This document shows positions 19,258 to 28,012 of a stretch of 64,000 bases of DNA, one piece after another; position 1 is the stretch's first letter, and the number at the start of each line of letters is the position of its first letter. The notes beneath the pieces were generated by a model, which saw nothing but the letters and a program-made list of their open reading frames with translations, did no database searches and was not told where the DNA came from. Origin of the DNA: Candidatus Minusculum obligatum (GTDB lineage: Bacteria; Patescibacteriota; Minisyncoccia; Phycocordibacterales; Phycocordibacteraceae); NCBI GenBank assembly GCA_002331145.1, contig DCYT01000001.1, forward strand, positions 154,002 through 218,001, read 5' to 3'. Both the position numbers and the translations under genes were made by a program.

Positions 19258-19718
19258 CGCTATCCCTCCATAGTTGTTACAGAGAGCCGCGGCACACGTT
19301 GCGGTACTACGCTGAAGACTGCGTGGCCCATGTACGCCGCACTCACGCCAGCAGCTTCCGCGATGAGCAATTCGTTCGAAAATTGAAAAATGCGGCGAAC
19401 TTTCGTCTTCGCCGCGATGACGGTCCGATGGACATAAAAGTCTTAACCCTCGGATGCGTTAAGGATTAAGAAACCGAGACCACTACAAGGTGTTTCGGTT
19501 TTAAATCAAATAGTTAATAGACAAAAACGCTTCACCAATTAACCATATTCCGTCCGCGCTCTCTCGCTCGGTGCGGCGAAGCCAATAGAATTGGTGACCA
19601 TCTTCAGAACTGCTTTTTGAACGTCAAACTTTTTAGTTCTCACCTGGCGTGACGCTTCAACCTGTGATTTAAACCCGCTCGGGTTTGCTGATAAATATCG
19701 GCAACAAGGGGGACGTGC

Positions 19719-22700
19719 ATGCCTGGGTCTAACCCAAGAAAAAACCGGAACTTCACGGCCGCGGCATGGGAAAGTGTTCTCACTTGGCGAACCCTAAGCG
19801 ACCATGAGCGTGCGTCAATAAAGGCGAGCAAGAACGACCCGGATCGCGAGAAGCTGCGCCTCGCGGGCAGCTACTATGACCGCCACGAAGTTAAAAAGAA
19901 CGGTTGGATCTACGGCGAGGCGGATAACGGGATGGAAGTCTCGGAAACCGGCCTTGGTTGGAAGTTCCGTGCGCGTATCATCTGGCATCTGTTTGAAGAG
20001 ATCTCGACCTATCCAGGCCTAGAGATCAAAGATCTCCAGGATCTCGTTCGGGATCACGATGATCAAGTGACATCCGTCACTCGTAGTGCTGCCTCCAGCG
20101 GCCCGAAACCCGAAGCAATCCGCTTAGATTATCTTTGCGACCTCGGGTACCCGGGCAAACCTGCCATGTATGAGCGTAGTTTCAATGCGCTGCTTCGCTG
20201 TGCATTCGACACGTTTGTCCAGAAAGCCAATGAGAAACTGGACTTCGAAACATTCGTTAAGCGTTGCAAGGAAACTCCACTCACCGACCGCGACGCGCCG
20301 GCCCAATTCCAACGCTTGCTAAGCCGCGGTTTCGTGGACATCCAATCGCAATTCGATATCAAGCCCGAACGAAATCTCTATAGCCTCGATCTGCGTCAGC
20401 CAGCGCTCGACGCGCTGGCAACATTTCTGCGGAAGTCAGATTATCGTCCAGTTCAAACGGTGCACAGCAAGAACAATCGAAGTGCGCTGACGGCGATCGC
20501 CGACCGGATCCACCGGATTGGCGTCGAGTATCAAACGAAGAGTGACGATGGTGATCTAGTCGCCAAGACTTATTTGCTCGCTGGAGATCAGCGCCCTTGC
20601 CTTTACCTCCGAGCCTCGCGCGTCAGCAAGGAGCGGCCCGTCACCCTGCCGCAGCTCGTCGGCAAACTTAAAGCCTTCTACCTCGGCGAAGCGGTGGAAA
20701 CCGCACCGACACCAACATCGCACGCGGAGTATCTGTCCGCGCTGAAATTCGTCCGTTCCGCGGTCATGCAAACGCCAGCGATCATAGTGTTCGATGGTCA
20801 TCGCTCCCCACGCGGTTGGCCGACCGCCCTGCCGAGCCTCATCTCTGATGATGGATTGTCGACGCTCCTGCGCGATTTACTGACGCCGCGCCTCAGCCAA
20901 CGCGATGCGCAACTAGATGTCCGCGCGTTCTACAAAACCCGCATCCTGGTATTGACGGACGACGAATTCTCAGAGGACGGCGAGGGTAAGAAACCGCCGC
21001 TTCAGGTACACCCGCTACAGCAACAGAAACCGATCAACATTGTCGCCCCCGATCCGGACGATATCCCTCAGCTGATCGACGACCACAAATGGCAGAATAA
21101 AACGAGCTTGAAGAGCATCGCTCAAAGCCGGTCAGCGAGCTTCGTCGATGGTGCGGTGCTGCGATTGACCGACACTTGGTTGACCGTTGTCGGTCACACA
21201 TACAATTTGGAGCGGGATCGAAACAGCGCGCTCAATTCCCTTCTCGGAAACTCATCTCGCGATTTAGCGGACGCGATGAACGAGCACCTGCTCGAAAACA
21301 AGCCTTCCGCGTTCTTGCTCCTGCGATGGATTGCGCTCGCGGAAAGCGAGATCCGCGCCTCGACGCTCGCGCGCCTCCTGACGAGTTGGAATTATCTCGC
21401 AGCCAAACGCAGCAAACGCCAGGGACAGTCCGGGATTGCACAAGCGAAAGCCGTGCCCACGAAAGATATCGTTAAGCTTCTGGAACCATTTGATTCCATT
21501 CTAACCTACGGACCAGATGAAAGTATGGACGGGCTTGATGGCCCTTACTTTCCACCGATCGAACGAATTCCGATCGCACGCAAAAAATCATCGCCCATCC
21601 CCGCCTATCGTCGAACTCGCTCTTACTCTTTCGTGACGAATCAAATCTGTTCGGATTTTCTGGAGTTTCGCCGCGATGACGACGCGCTGGAGGCTGAGCG
21701 GCTTGACATGTACCGGCTCCTCGCCGAGGAAGCCTTCCGGCAAGAAGCGGCGATCATGCGTCATGCACCGCGAGCTGCGTCACTAAACGTCCGCCGCCTG
21801 CGCCGCATGTGTGAAGGGCTTCATTACGGGTTTGCCAGCTTGCCCAACGATCCGTCGAGTATCGACCAGTCGCTGCGCGTCCTAAGCCGAAGTCTCGCCG
21901 TAAATCCGAGAAACGCATTCAATCATTTGTATCTAACTTTTTACCGGCACGTCTTGCAGCATGCGCCAGATTTTGCACTGACCCGCAATTTGGGGCGGCC
22001 AGCAATCGCTTCCGATCTCATCATGAGTGCGGTTTGGTGCGGCATTCGCAACCCGCCGGTCCACCGGACTACTAGTCTACCGCCAACCAATTCCCCGTAC
22101 TTGAACCCAGACCTCAGCAGGTCTGAATCACACAACCTGCCCGATAATGGGATACGCGAAAAGAATACGCACAAGGCACTCGCCAAAGACATCTATGTCT
22201 CGCTAATTCGCAACCTCATCAACGCAAACCGCCTGGACCTAGCTCATTCGGCGCTTGAGAAGGCCAAGGAAAACTGGACCGGTCCACGGGCCAACGGCAC
22301 GGGCCTGGATGCCCTTTCGAAAGTCGAGATCGACTTGGAATTGCTGCGGACGGATCCATCGCGCAATATCGCCAATATCAAGGGGCTATTCGATAAAGTT
22401 CTTATCGCGGGACCGCGCAGATGGCGCCTACTGAAATATCGAATTGAGAAAACAGTGCGCTGGCTGCCGAGCCGCCTCAATAAAGCCGGACCGTTTGAAG
22501 ATCTGACCAATGTCTACGACTTTCATCATCAGCTAAAGTCCGACATCAAGGCAGCGGCGGTTCAACTGACCCGCGGCATGAGCACACAGGATATTGAACG
22601 CGGTGCGGATCTATTCGCGCGCCTGGCCGAAGCGGAAGCCATACGAGCAGACAGTAGCTCAGACAACACGGATAAGATCGCGCTATCACGCTTCGTAACC

Positions 22701-23453
22701 GCTTGGGGCTTTTTCCATGTGGCAGAGGTTCTGCGGGATCAAGTCTTTCAAACCGACCCGTTGGGCCGGGACTACTTACCGAACCCGCATACCAACCGGG
22801 TCTTCGTGCGGGTTAGCTTGAAGCTACATACCATTCTCCGAGATCACACGCGACGATCGGCTCCAGGCTTATTGCTCGGCGCAGAAGGAGACTGGAGGGG
22901 TTCAGACGAGGGCACAACGTTGAAGCCGAATGCGTGCAGTCTGCTCGCTCAGTTCTTTGCCTATCAAGCCCAAAAACAGCTAGATCTCGTAACCCGGTTT
23001 CAGTTTCAGTTTTTGGCCGAAAGACCGAGTTTGCTCATGAGCGAGGCCGCTGTGATACGCACAGTTCGCGACGCGCCGGAAAAAGCTCTGGTTCTTCTCG
23101 GCGAAGCCGACGATCTCATCGCCGGCAATATGGATCGGCCGAGGCTGACCTTCCGCCTCGCGCTAGAGCGCGCCAAGGCGCTCCGGCAATTGGCGAAAAA
23201 ACCTGATGAGCCGTCGCGGCAGGCCATGCTGCTGATCGCAGCGGCAACGGAAACGCTGCGCTTAGAAGCCTTGCAGCAACGCGATGACGAGGGTGATCAA
23301 CGGGCGACGGGCGAGCGCCTGTGGAAGTTTGTGACGGTCCAGCAGAAAGCGGCGGTTAAGAAGAGCATTCAAGAGCTACGTAAAGCGCTTGGCAAAGAGC
23401 TTCACCAAGAAGACGACAAGGAACTTGAGCAACTCTGCAATTTGCTTTCCTAA
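19719..23453 (+). CDS. Large orphan hypothetical protein (1244 aa), mostly alpha-helical, with no recognisable catalytic motifs.
   Basis: Single uninterrupted ORF. It is preceded by a 460-bp AT-richer spacer with hairpins and RBS-like GGGGGA before the ATG. No Walker A, nuclease or methylase motifs were found. The C-terminal half is repeat-like helical. Codon GC is slightly lower than in the neighbours. Confidence 0.7.
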   Translation: MPGSNPRKNRNFTAAAWESVLTWRTLSDHERASIKASKNDPDREKLRLAGSYYDRHEVKKNGWIYGEADNGMEVSETGLGWKFRARIIWHLFEEISTYPGLEIKDLQDLVRDHDDQVTSVTRSAASSGPKPEAIRLDYLCDLGYPGKPAMYERSFNALLRCAFDTFVQKANEKLDFETFVKRCKETPLTDRDAPAQFQRLLSRGFVDIQSQFDIKPERNLYSLDLRQPALDALATFLRKSDYRPVQTVHSKNNRSALTAIADRIHRIGVEYQTKSDDGDLVAKTYLLAGDQRPCLYLRASRVSKERPVTLPQLVGKLKAFYLGEAVETAPTPTSHAEYLSALKFVRSAVMQTPAIIVFDGHRSPRGWPTALPSLISDDGLSTLLRDLLTPRLSQRDAQLDVRAFYKTRILVLTDDEFSEDGEGKKPPLQVHPLQQQKPINIVAPDPDDIPQLIDDHKWQNKTSLKSIAQSRSASFVDGAVLRLTDTWLTVVGHTYNLERDRNSALNSLLGNSSRDLADAMNEHLLENKPSAFLLLRWIALAESEIRASTLARLLTSWNYLAAKRSKRQGQSGIAQAKAVPTKDIVKLLEPFDSILTYGPDESMDGLDGPYFPPIERIPIARKKSSPIPAYRRTRSYSFVTNQICSDFLEFRRDDDALEAERLDMYRLLAEEAFRQEAAIMRHAPRAASLNVRRLRRMCEGLHYGFASLPNDPSSIDQSLRVLSRSLAVNPRNAFNHLYLTFYRHVLQHAPDFALTRNLGRPAIASDLIMSAVWCGIRNPPVHRTTSLPPTNSPYLNPDLSRSESHNLPDNGIREKNTHKALAKDIYVSLIRNLINANRLDLAHSALEKAKENWTGPRANGTGLDALSKVEIDLELLRTDPSRNIANIKGLFDKVLIAGPRRWRLLKYRIEKTVRWLPSRLNKAGPFEDLTNVYDFHHQLKSDIKAAAVQLTRGMSTQDIERGADLFARLAEAEAIRADSSSDNTDKIALSRFVTAWGFFHVAEVLRDQVFQTDPLGRDYLPNPHTNRVFVRVSLKLHTILRDHTRRSAPGLLLGAEGDWRGSDEGTTLKPNACSLLAQFFAYQAQKQLDLVTRFQFQFLAERPSLLMSEAAVIRTVRDAPEKALVLLGEADDLIAGNMDRPRLTFRLALERAKALRQLAKKPDEPSRQAMLLIAAATETLRLEALQQRDDEGDQRATGERLWKFVTVQQKAAVKKSIQELRKALGKELHQEDDKELEQLCNLLS

Positions 23454-23462
23454 ATCGTGGCA

Positions 23463-25391
23463 TCAAAAAAGCAGCTGACCAGATGCGAACCTCATCCGCT
23501 TCTCCAAATCCCGTTGGCGATGGTTCGGGACAGATTTGCCAGCTTCCCAACGGCCAATAGTTCGCCCATCGACACCTATCCATTTCCCAAACTCATTCTG
23601 TGTCCACCCCCGTATCGCTCGGAAACGATATAGTCGCTCGCCGAACGAGGTGTTCGGCAGCCAACCATCGCTCTCGAGTAGCTCGATTACCTTTGGAAGG
23701 TGCTTGATCCTCGGTTCATGCTCGCCGCGCTCCCACAGACCAATCATCTCATGATGTACGCCGAGGCGATGCGCGAGCTGTCGCTTGGTCACGCCGAGTT
23801 CTCGCCGCCTTTGAAACAGTTGCTCGCCAACTGATCCGACCGCTATATCGGCGTACTCGGTATTTCGCCCCCAAAGGCTCAGAGGCCTGTTGGGGAAAAA
23901 GATGCAGCAACCCAACGTATTCTTCATGTAATTCCCGTCGTCTTGTTGGGAAGGGACATAGTGAAGGTGAATCGCTATGTCCCTTCCCCCTATTACGATT
24001 TGGTCGGTGATCGCCTCGATCACCGACCTTTTTTGTTCGAAGGTTAGTTCGTCCCAACGGTCATAGAGGGTTCTAGCGCCTGAGATGATCTCCTCACTGG
24101 AGTCTGAGGTCACGCGGAGCGCTGCAACTTCGCCCTCGATGGCAGCTATGCCGAGGGCGAGTTCATCGATCCGCTCCCCCATCTCCTTGTCGAGCGGCGT
24201 AAAGCGTGTGGCTTCCACCTCTTCATCCAGATACCCACGAAGCAGCTTCTCACGGTCTCTGCCGAGCTGGGATCGCTCCTTCTCCAGAGCCTGGATCTGG
24301 GCTTCTTTCGCGTTGACTTCGTCGAGGGTCGTTTTGAGGAAATCTGCCAGCTCTTCCGGAGACGCGAAGAAGGCGCGAAGCCGGTCACAGAAAATCGCCT
24401 CAAGATCATCTTGAGGAATTTTGCGACGGCACTTCCGGCAAACGAATTTCGGTGACTCATTGAGGACGTACATTGTCTCGCCGTCCGCCTCGCATTTCAC
24501 CTTCCCGGAGAACAGGTAATTGCCCCGCGGCCCTGGCGATCGCCCTTCGCGTTGTTTCTTCAAAATTGCGTTGCAGCGCTCCCAAAGCTCCGGTGCGACG
24601 ATCGCCTCGCAAGGATGCCATTCCCACTCATCCTCTGGCTTGATCGAGACCTTGCCACCGCGCTGATCGGCCGTCGTGTAGTTGCAGCGGCGCAATCCCT
24701 TCGCTGCCGGATCGACGAGCAAGAGTTGAATGGACTGGATTGAGAACTTGTTGCCTCGGCGCGTGCGAAAGCCTCGCTCATTGAGAATGCGCGCGACGGT
24801 TCCTTTGCGCTGGTATTCCGCGAAGAGCTCGTAGGCGAGCGCGCGAACCGGCGCTTCGTCCGGATGGGGTAAAAACTCATCCCCGACCCAGTGGTAGCCA
24901 TAGGGTGCCGCACCGGCGACTTTTCTGCCCATCTTTGCGCGGGTGACGACGGCGGCCTTGACGCGATCAACAATCTCCTCGCGCTCCCACTCCGCCAGCC
25001 CGGCAATCATCGTGTAGAAGAGCCGGCCTGACGGCGTGGTGGTGTCGATGCTCTCTTGCAAGGAGATGAGGTCGGCATTGTGCTCGCGGAAGAACTCGGA
25101 GACTTCCAGCAGACCTTTGGTGCTACGAGCCAGGCGCGCCAGCTTGGAGAAGACCAATGCCGAGATGCGGCCGGTTCGAACGTCGTCCAGCATCCGCTTG
25201 GCTTCAGGATGGTCCATAACCGCTTTTCCGGACACCCCAGAGAGGTCATAGACCTCCGCGACCGACCAACCCTTGAACTGCGCATACTGCTCGGCGCGCG
25301 CCTTGTGAGTGGCTGGGCTGTCGCCCTTGGCTTGGTCTTCCGTCGATACGCGAATCCAAACGCCGACCGATCTGACATCCTGTTGGTGCAT
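23463..25391 (-). CDS. Large serine recombinase with C-terminal tandem XRE-family HTH domains.
   Basis: N-terminal resolvase domain with catalytic VWIRVSTEDQ. Recombinase domain and zinc-ribbon (CEADGETMYVLNESPKFVCRKC) plus a coiled-coil. The last about 110 aa carry two Cro/C1-type HTH (LGVHHEMIGLWERGEH; FGKWIGVDGRTIGRWEAG). Confidence 0.85.
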   Translation of the reverse strand: MHQQDVRSVGVWIRVSTEDQAKGDSPATHKARAEQYAQFKGWSVAEVYDLSGVSGKAVMDHPEAKRMLDDVRTGRISALVFSKLARLARSTKGLLEVSEFFREHNADLISLQESIDTTTPSGRLFYTMIAGLAEWEREEIVDRVKAAVVTRAKMGRKVAGAAPYGYHWVGDEFLPHPDEAPVRALAYELFAEYQRKGTVARILNERGFRTRRGNKFSIQSIQLLLVDPAAKGLRRCNYTTADQRGGKVSIKPEDEWEWHPCEAIVAPELWERCNAILKKQREGRSPGPRGNYLFSGKVKCEADGETMYVLNESPKFVCRKCRRKIPQDDLEAIFCDRLRAFFASPEELADFLKTTLDEVNAKEAQIQALEKERSQLGRDREKLLRGYLDEEVEATRFTPLDKEMGERIDELALGIAAIEGEVAALRVTSDSSEEIISGARTLYDRWDELTFEQKRSVIEAITDQIVIGGRDIAIHLHYVPSQQDDGNYMKNTLGCCIFFPNRPLSLWGRNTEYADIAVGSVGEQLFQRRRELGVTKRQLAHRLGVHHEMIGLWERGEHEPRIKHLPKVIELLESDGWLPNTSFGERLYRFRAIRGWTQNEFGKWIGVDGRTIGRWEAGKSVPNHRQRDLEKRMRFASGQLLF

Positions 25392-25418
25392 ATCCTCACC
25401 GATACTCGAATTACGTGT

Positions 25419-25664
25419 TTAGAGCCAGTTGTGGCTCGCCCCGTCGATCAAAGTTGATACCGAGATATCCATCGTTCGCGCCGCGGCGAACAGGCGGGAT
25501 GCGCCCAGGCGCCCGCGGGCATCTTCGATCAACGCCAGGTGCGCGGGAGTAAGGCCAATCTCTCGAGCGAGATCATTGGTGCGTATTCCCTTGAGGCATC
25601 GCCAGAGACGCACCTGCCCGCCAATTCTCGTATCAATCGCGTCCTGCACGTCTGCCCCCGGCAA
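25419..25664 (-). CDS. XRE-family HTH transcriptional regulator.
   Basis: 81-aa protein with the motif LAREIGLTPAHLALIEDARG, typical of Cro/C1 HTH. Confidence 0.7.
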   Translation of the reverse strand: MPGADVQDAIDTRIGGQVRLWRCLKGIRTNDLAREIGLTPAHLALIEDARGRLGASRLFAAARTMDISVSTLIDGASHNWL

Positions 25665-25666
25665 CG

Positions 25667-26020
25667 CTATGGCTTGCCTGTGGACGCCTCAGCGTCACTT
25701 CCACGAAGGGCCGACCAGACCAGAGCCGCAATCGGAATGGCATGCGCCACGATGAAGATGAGCCAGACCATGGTCGGGCCACTCTCCCCTTCGGTGAACT
25801 CGTGCGTCATCAGCCGGAATGTCGGGCTGAGGAACAACACTTTCACGCCGGACAAGACCACGGTGATGATCGTGAACAATCGCTCGCCGAAAAAGGCGCC
25901 AAACGCGACCAGGCCGAGCGCGATCCCGCCGACGTACAGACCGTAGATCGGGATGATCAAAGAAATAAGAAGGATGACGAAGCCGGCGATCGCAAGGCCA
26001 GCCGCTGCTTGCTTGTTCAT
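25667..26020 (-). CDS. Small integral membrane protein.
   Basis: 117 aa with three transmembrane helices. Its start is adjacent to the stop of the upstream gene. Confidence 0.5.
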   Translation of the reverse strand: MNKQAAAGLAIAGFVILLISLIIPIYGLYVGGIALGLVAFGAFFGERLFTIITVVLSGVKVLFLSPTFRLMTHEFTEGESGPTMVWLIFIVAHAIPIAALVWSALRGSDAEASTGKP

Positions 26021-26051
26021 TTTGAATGTCCCCTATGAGTTTGCGAGCGCG

Positions 26052-26375
26052 CTATCGGCACGCGTAGGCAGTTCCGACCCATTCGTTCGTGAGGCTGGTC
26101 CCGCGCTCGCGCCAGACCACGTGAGTGGCTCGAAGGTGAGCGGCTTGATTGAGGGCGGCGTTTTGCGCGTGTGTCCGGCCCACCGAGGCGCTCAAGCCCA
26201 CGAAGACCGCATTGGACCCGGACACGCTGCCAAGCTCCTCACACCCGGCTACGTCGCTCGCTCGCGCATCGATGATGGAGGTTTCAACGGGCGTGGCACA
26301 TCCGGCCAGGCTGAGAACTCCCGCTGCCAAGCTGCAACCTAGCACGGCCTGACGACACCAACTCTGCTTTTTCAT
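26052..26375 (-). CDS. Lipoprotein of unknown function.
   Basis: The signal peptide ends in the lipobox LSLAGC. 107 aa. It is the first gene of a minus-strand operon that starts 14 bp from inverted repeat IR-A-left. Confidence 0.55.
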   Translation of the reverse strand: MKKQSWCRQAVLGCSLAAGVLSLAGCATPVETSIIDARASDVAGCEELGSVSGSNAVFVGLSASVGRTHAQNAALNQAAHLRATHVVWRERGTSLTNEWVGTAYACR

Positions 26376-26388
26376 CGCTATCTCCTGC

Positions 26389-26415
26389 TGTGAACACTTT
26401 GGGGTAGAGTGTTCA
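26389..26415. repeat. Recombination core-type site A-left: 8-bp inverted arms GTGAACAC / GTGTTCA around an 11-bp asymmetric spacer TTTGGGGTAGA.
   Basis: The sequence TGTGAACACTTTGGGGTAGAGTGTTCA was read directly. Its reverse complement recurs at 27060-27088, a 26-bp perfect match. Confidence 0.8.
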
Positions 26416-26461
26416 TCGTAGTATTTCGCCCGTCAAGAAAGAAATAGGCCACCGGCCCACC

Positions 26462-27058
26462 TTGGCGCGCTTCACATCCATGATTTTCGATCTTCACGGC
26501 AACAGGAAGTACCTCACGCCTGCCGAGCGGGAGAGGTTTATCAATGCTTGTTATGCATTGCCTGAAGAAGAACAAACCTTTTGCCTCGCCCTCGCGTTTT
26601 CCGGATGCCGGATATCGGAGGCGCTCGCCTGCACTCCTGGTCGGGTCGACCGGGATATGCAGGCGCTAGTTATTCGATCGCTCAAAAAGCGTGTTGATGA
26701 GCCAGTATATCGTGCTGTTCCCCTACCTTCATGGCTTCTCGATAAGTTTAGCAGGCTCAGCGAAGGTTTGGATCCTCACCAGCGTTTGTGGCCCTGGGGC
26801 CGCACCCACGGTTGGAAAACTATCAAGCGCGTGATGAGCGCTGCGAGGATATCTGGAATGCATGCGACGCCGAAGGGGTTGCGCCACGGGTTTGGGGTGG
26901 CAGCGGTTCAAAGCGGAGTGCCGCTAAATCTGGTGCAGAGGTGGCTTGGTCACGCAAAGCTGGAAACAACCGCGATCTACACCAATGCGATTGGTGATGA
27001 GGAGCGCGCTATCGCCGCTCGGTTATGGGGCGACGTACAGCCCAAGCAGGCCGCCTGA
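26462..27058 (+). CDS. Short tyrosine recombinase (FimB/FimE-sized, 198 aa); putative DNA invertase.
   Basis: C-terminal catalytic region LRHGFGVAAVQSGVPLNLVQRWLGHAKLETTAIYT (R...H-x-x-R...Y). The gene lies entirely between inverted sites A-left and A-right. Confidence 0.8.
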   Translation: MARFTSMIFDLHGNRKYLTPAERERFINACYALPEEEQTFCLALAFSGCRISEALACTPGRVDRDMQALVIRSLKKRVDEPVYRAVPLPSWLLDKFSRLSEGLDPHQRLWPWGRTHGWKTIKRVMSAARISGMHATPKGLRHGFGVAAVQSGVPLNLVQRWLGHAKLETTAIYTNAIGDEERAIAARLWGDVQPKQAA

Positions 27059-27059
27059 C

Positions 27060-27088
27060 TGTGAACACTCTACCCCAAAGTGTTCACG
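27060..27088. repeat. Recombination core-type site A-right (inverted copy of A-left).
   Basis: TGTGAACACTCTACCCCAAAGTGTTCACG. The spacer is the reverse complement of the A-left spacer, so the two sites are inverted relative to each other. Confidence 0.8.
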
Positions 27089-27172
27089 AATACTTTAGCG
27101 CTGTCAGTGGATCCCTCCAAGTGAAGTAGTGGACCATAGACACCAAAAAAAGATTGGGTAATAATTCATTTA

Positions 27173-27199
27173 TTTGAATACTATAGTGCATAGCGTTCA
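27173..27199. repeat. Recombination site B-left (TTTGAATACTATAGTGCATAGCG).
   Basis: 21 of 23 bp identical to the reverse complement of 29953-29975. It shares the TGAA(C/T)AC half-site with the A sites. Confidence 0.65.
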
Positions 27200-28009
27200 A
27201 TGTGGTGACTGGCTCTCGATTCGGGTCAACGCTTGTTGAACACCCCGCAGCGCCTCTCGACGCCCTTCGAGAACGAACGACGCATCTGGCCCACGGCACC
27301 GGGTCCAATCCGACAGCTCTGGCAAATTTTCTGTGATCGCTGCTTCCGACGAAACCTGAACTTGATCGATGATATCGGCGTTTGCACTCAAGTGCTCATC
27401 CACACCAAATCCGGACACGCGAGCCTTGTTAAGGTCCAGCGATATCCTGGCTGCCTTTCCGAACATCTCTACCACGGCTCGGAGTTCTTCAGGCGACACT
27501 CCGATATGCAAGGGCGTCCGATGTTGGCCGGTCGCGGAAGTCAAATAGTACGAGCCATTTTCAATTAGGAGCGGCATCTGTCGACTGGCTGCGTAGTCAC
27601 CGAGTTCACGCATTGATGGCTCAGCGTTCCGCCAGTAATTCTTGGTCTGCTGCTCCTGGGACCTCCATCCGCCAAACATATACCCGGTATGGATGGTGAC
27701 AGAACGGCCGCCAATGTCCTTCGCCAAATCAATAACCGACCTGACAACAGCCTTGGAGGAGTCGCGGACCTCAGGCACGAGTGAAGTGTAATTGATGTCG
27801 TAATAGACGCTGTGAACGTGAAGTTCGACTCCGAGACTTTCGGCTAAGGCACGAAGGCTTGATCTACGCTCACTGTCGAATTCCACAATGAGATTTGGAG
27901 TTTGATCGGGAATTAGCTGAACCGCAGAAAATTCTTGCTCCGCTGCAGCCACAATAAAGTCTTCAAACCGCGACCCATAGGCTCTCGAATATGACAATAT
28001 CGTGTTCAT
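27197..28009 (-). CDS. Xylose-isomerase-like TIM-barrel protein (sugar-phosphate isomerase/epimerase, AP-endonuclease-2 fold).
   Basis: 270-aa protein with a TIM-barrel pattern (VQLIPD..., ...HVHSVYYDINYTS..., TIHTGYM..., PLLIENGSY). Confidence 0.55.
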   Translation of the reverse strand: MNTILSYSRAYGSRFEDFIVAAAEQEFSAVQLIPDQTPNLIVEFDSERRSSLRALAESLGVELHVHSVYYDINYTSLVPEVRDSSKAVVRSVIDLAKDIGGRSVTIHTGYMFGGWRSQEQQTKNYWRNAEPSMRELGDYAASRQMPLLIENGSYYLTSATGQHRTPLHIGVSPEELRAVVEMFGKAARISLDLNKARVSGFGVDEHLSANADIIDQVQVSSEAAITENLPELSDWTRCRGPDASFVLEGRREALRGVQQALTRIESQSPH

Positions 28010-28012
28010 GAT

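Noticed and set aside
24085-25399. Ser/Arg-rich ORFs (24085-24414, 24146-24460, 24560-25006, 25007-25399) overlapping the 642-aa recombinase
   Set aside because: These are alternative frames within a confidently identified recombinase gene. No motifs; composition is typical of frame-shifted GC-rich DNA.
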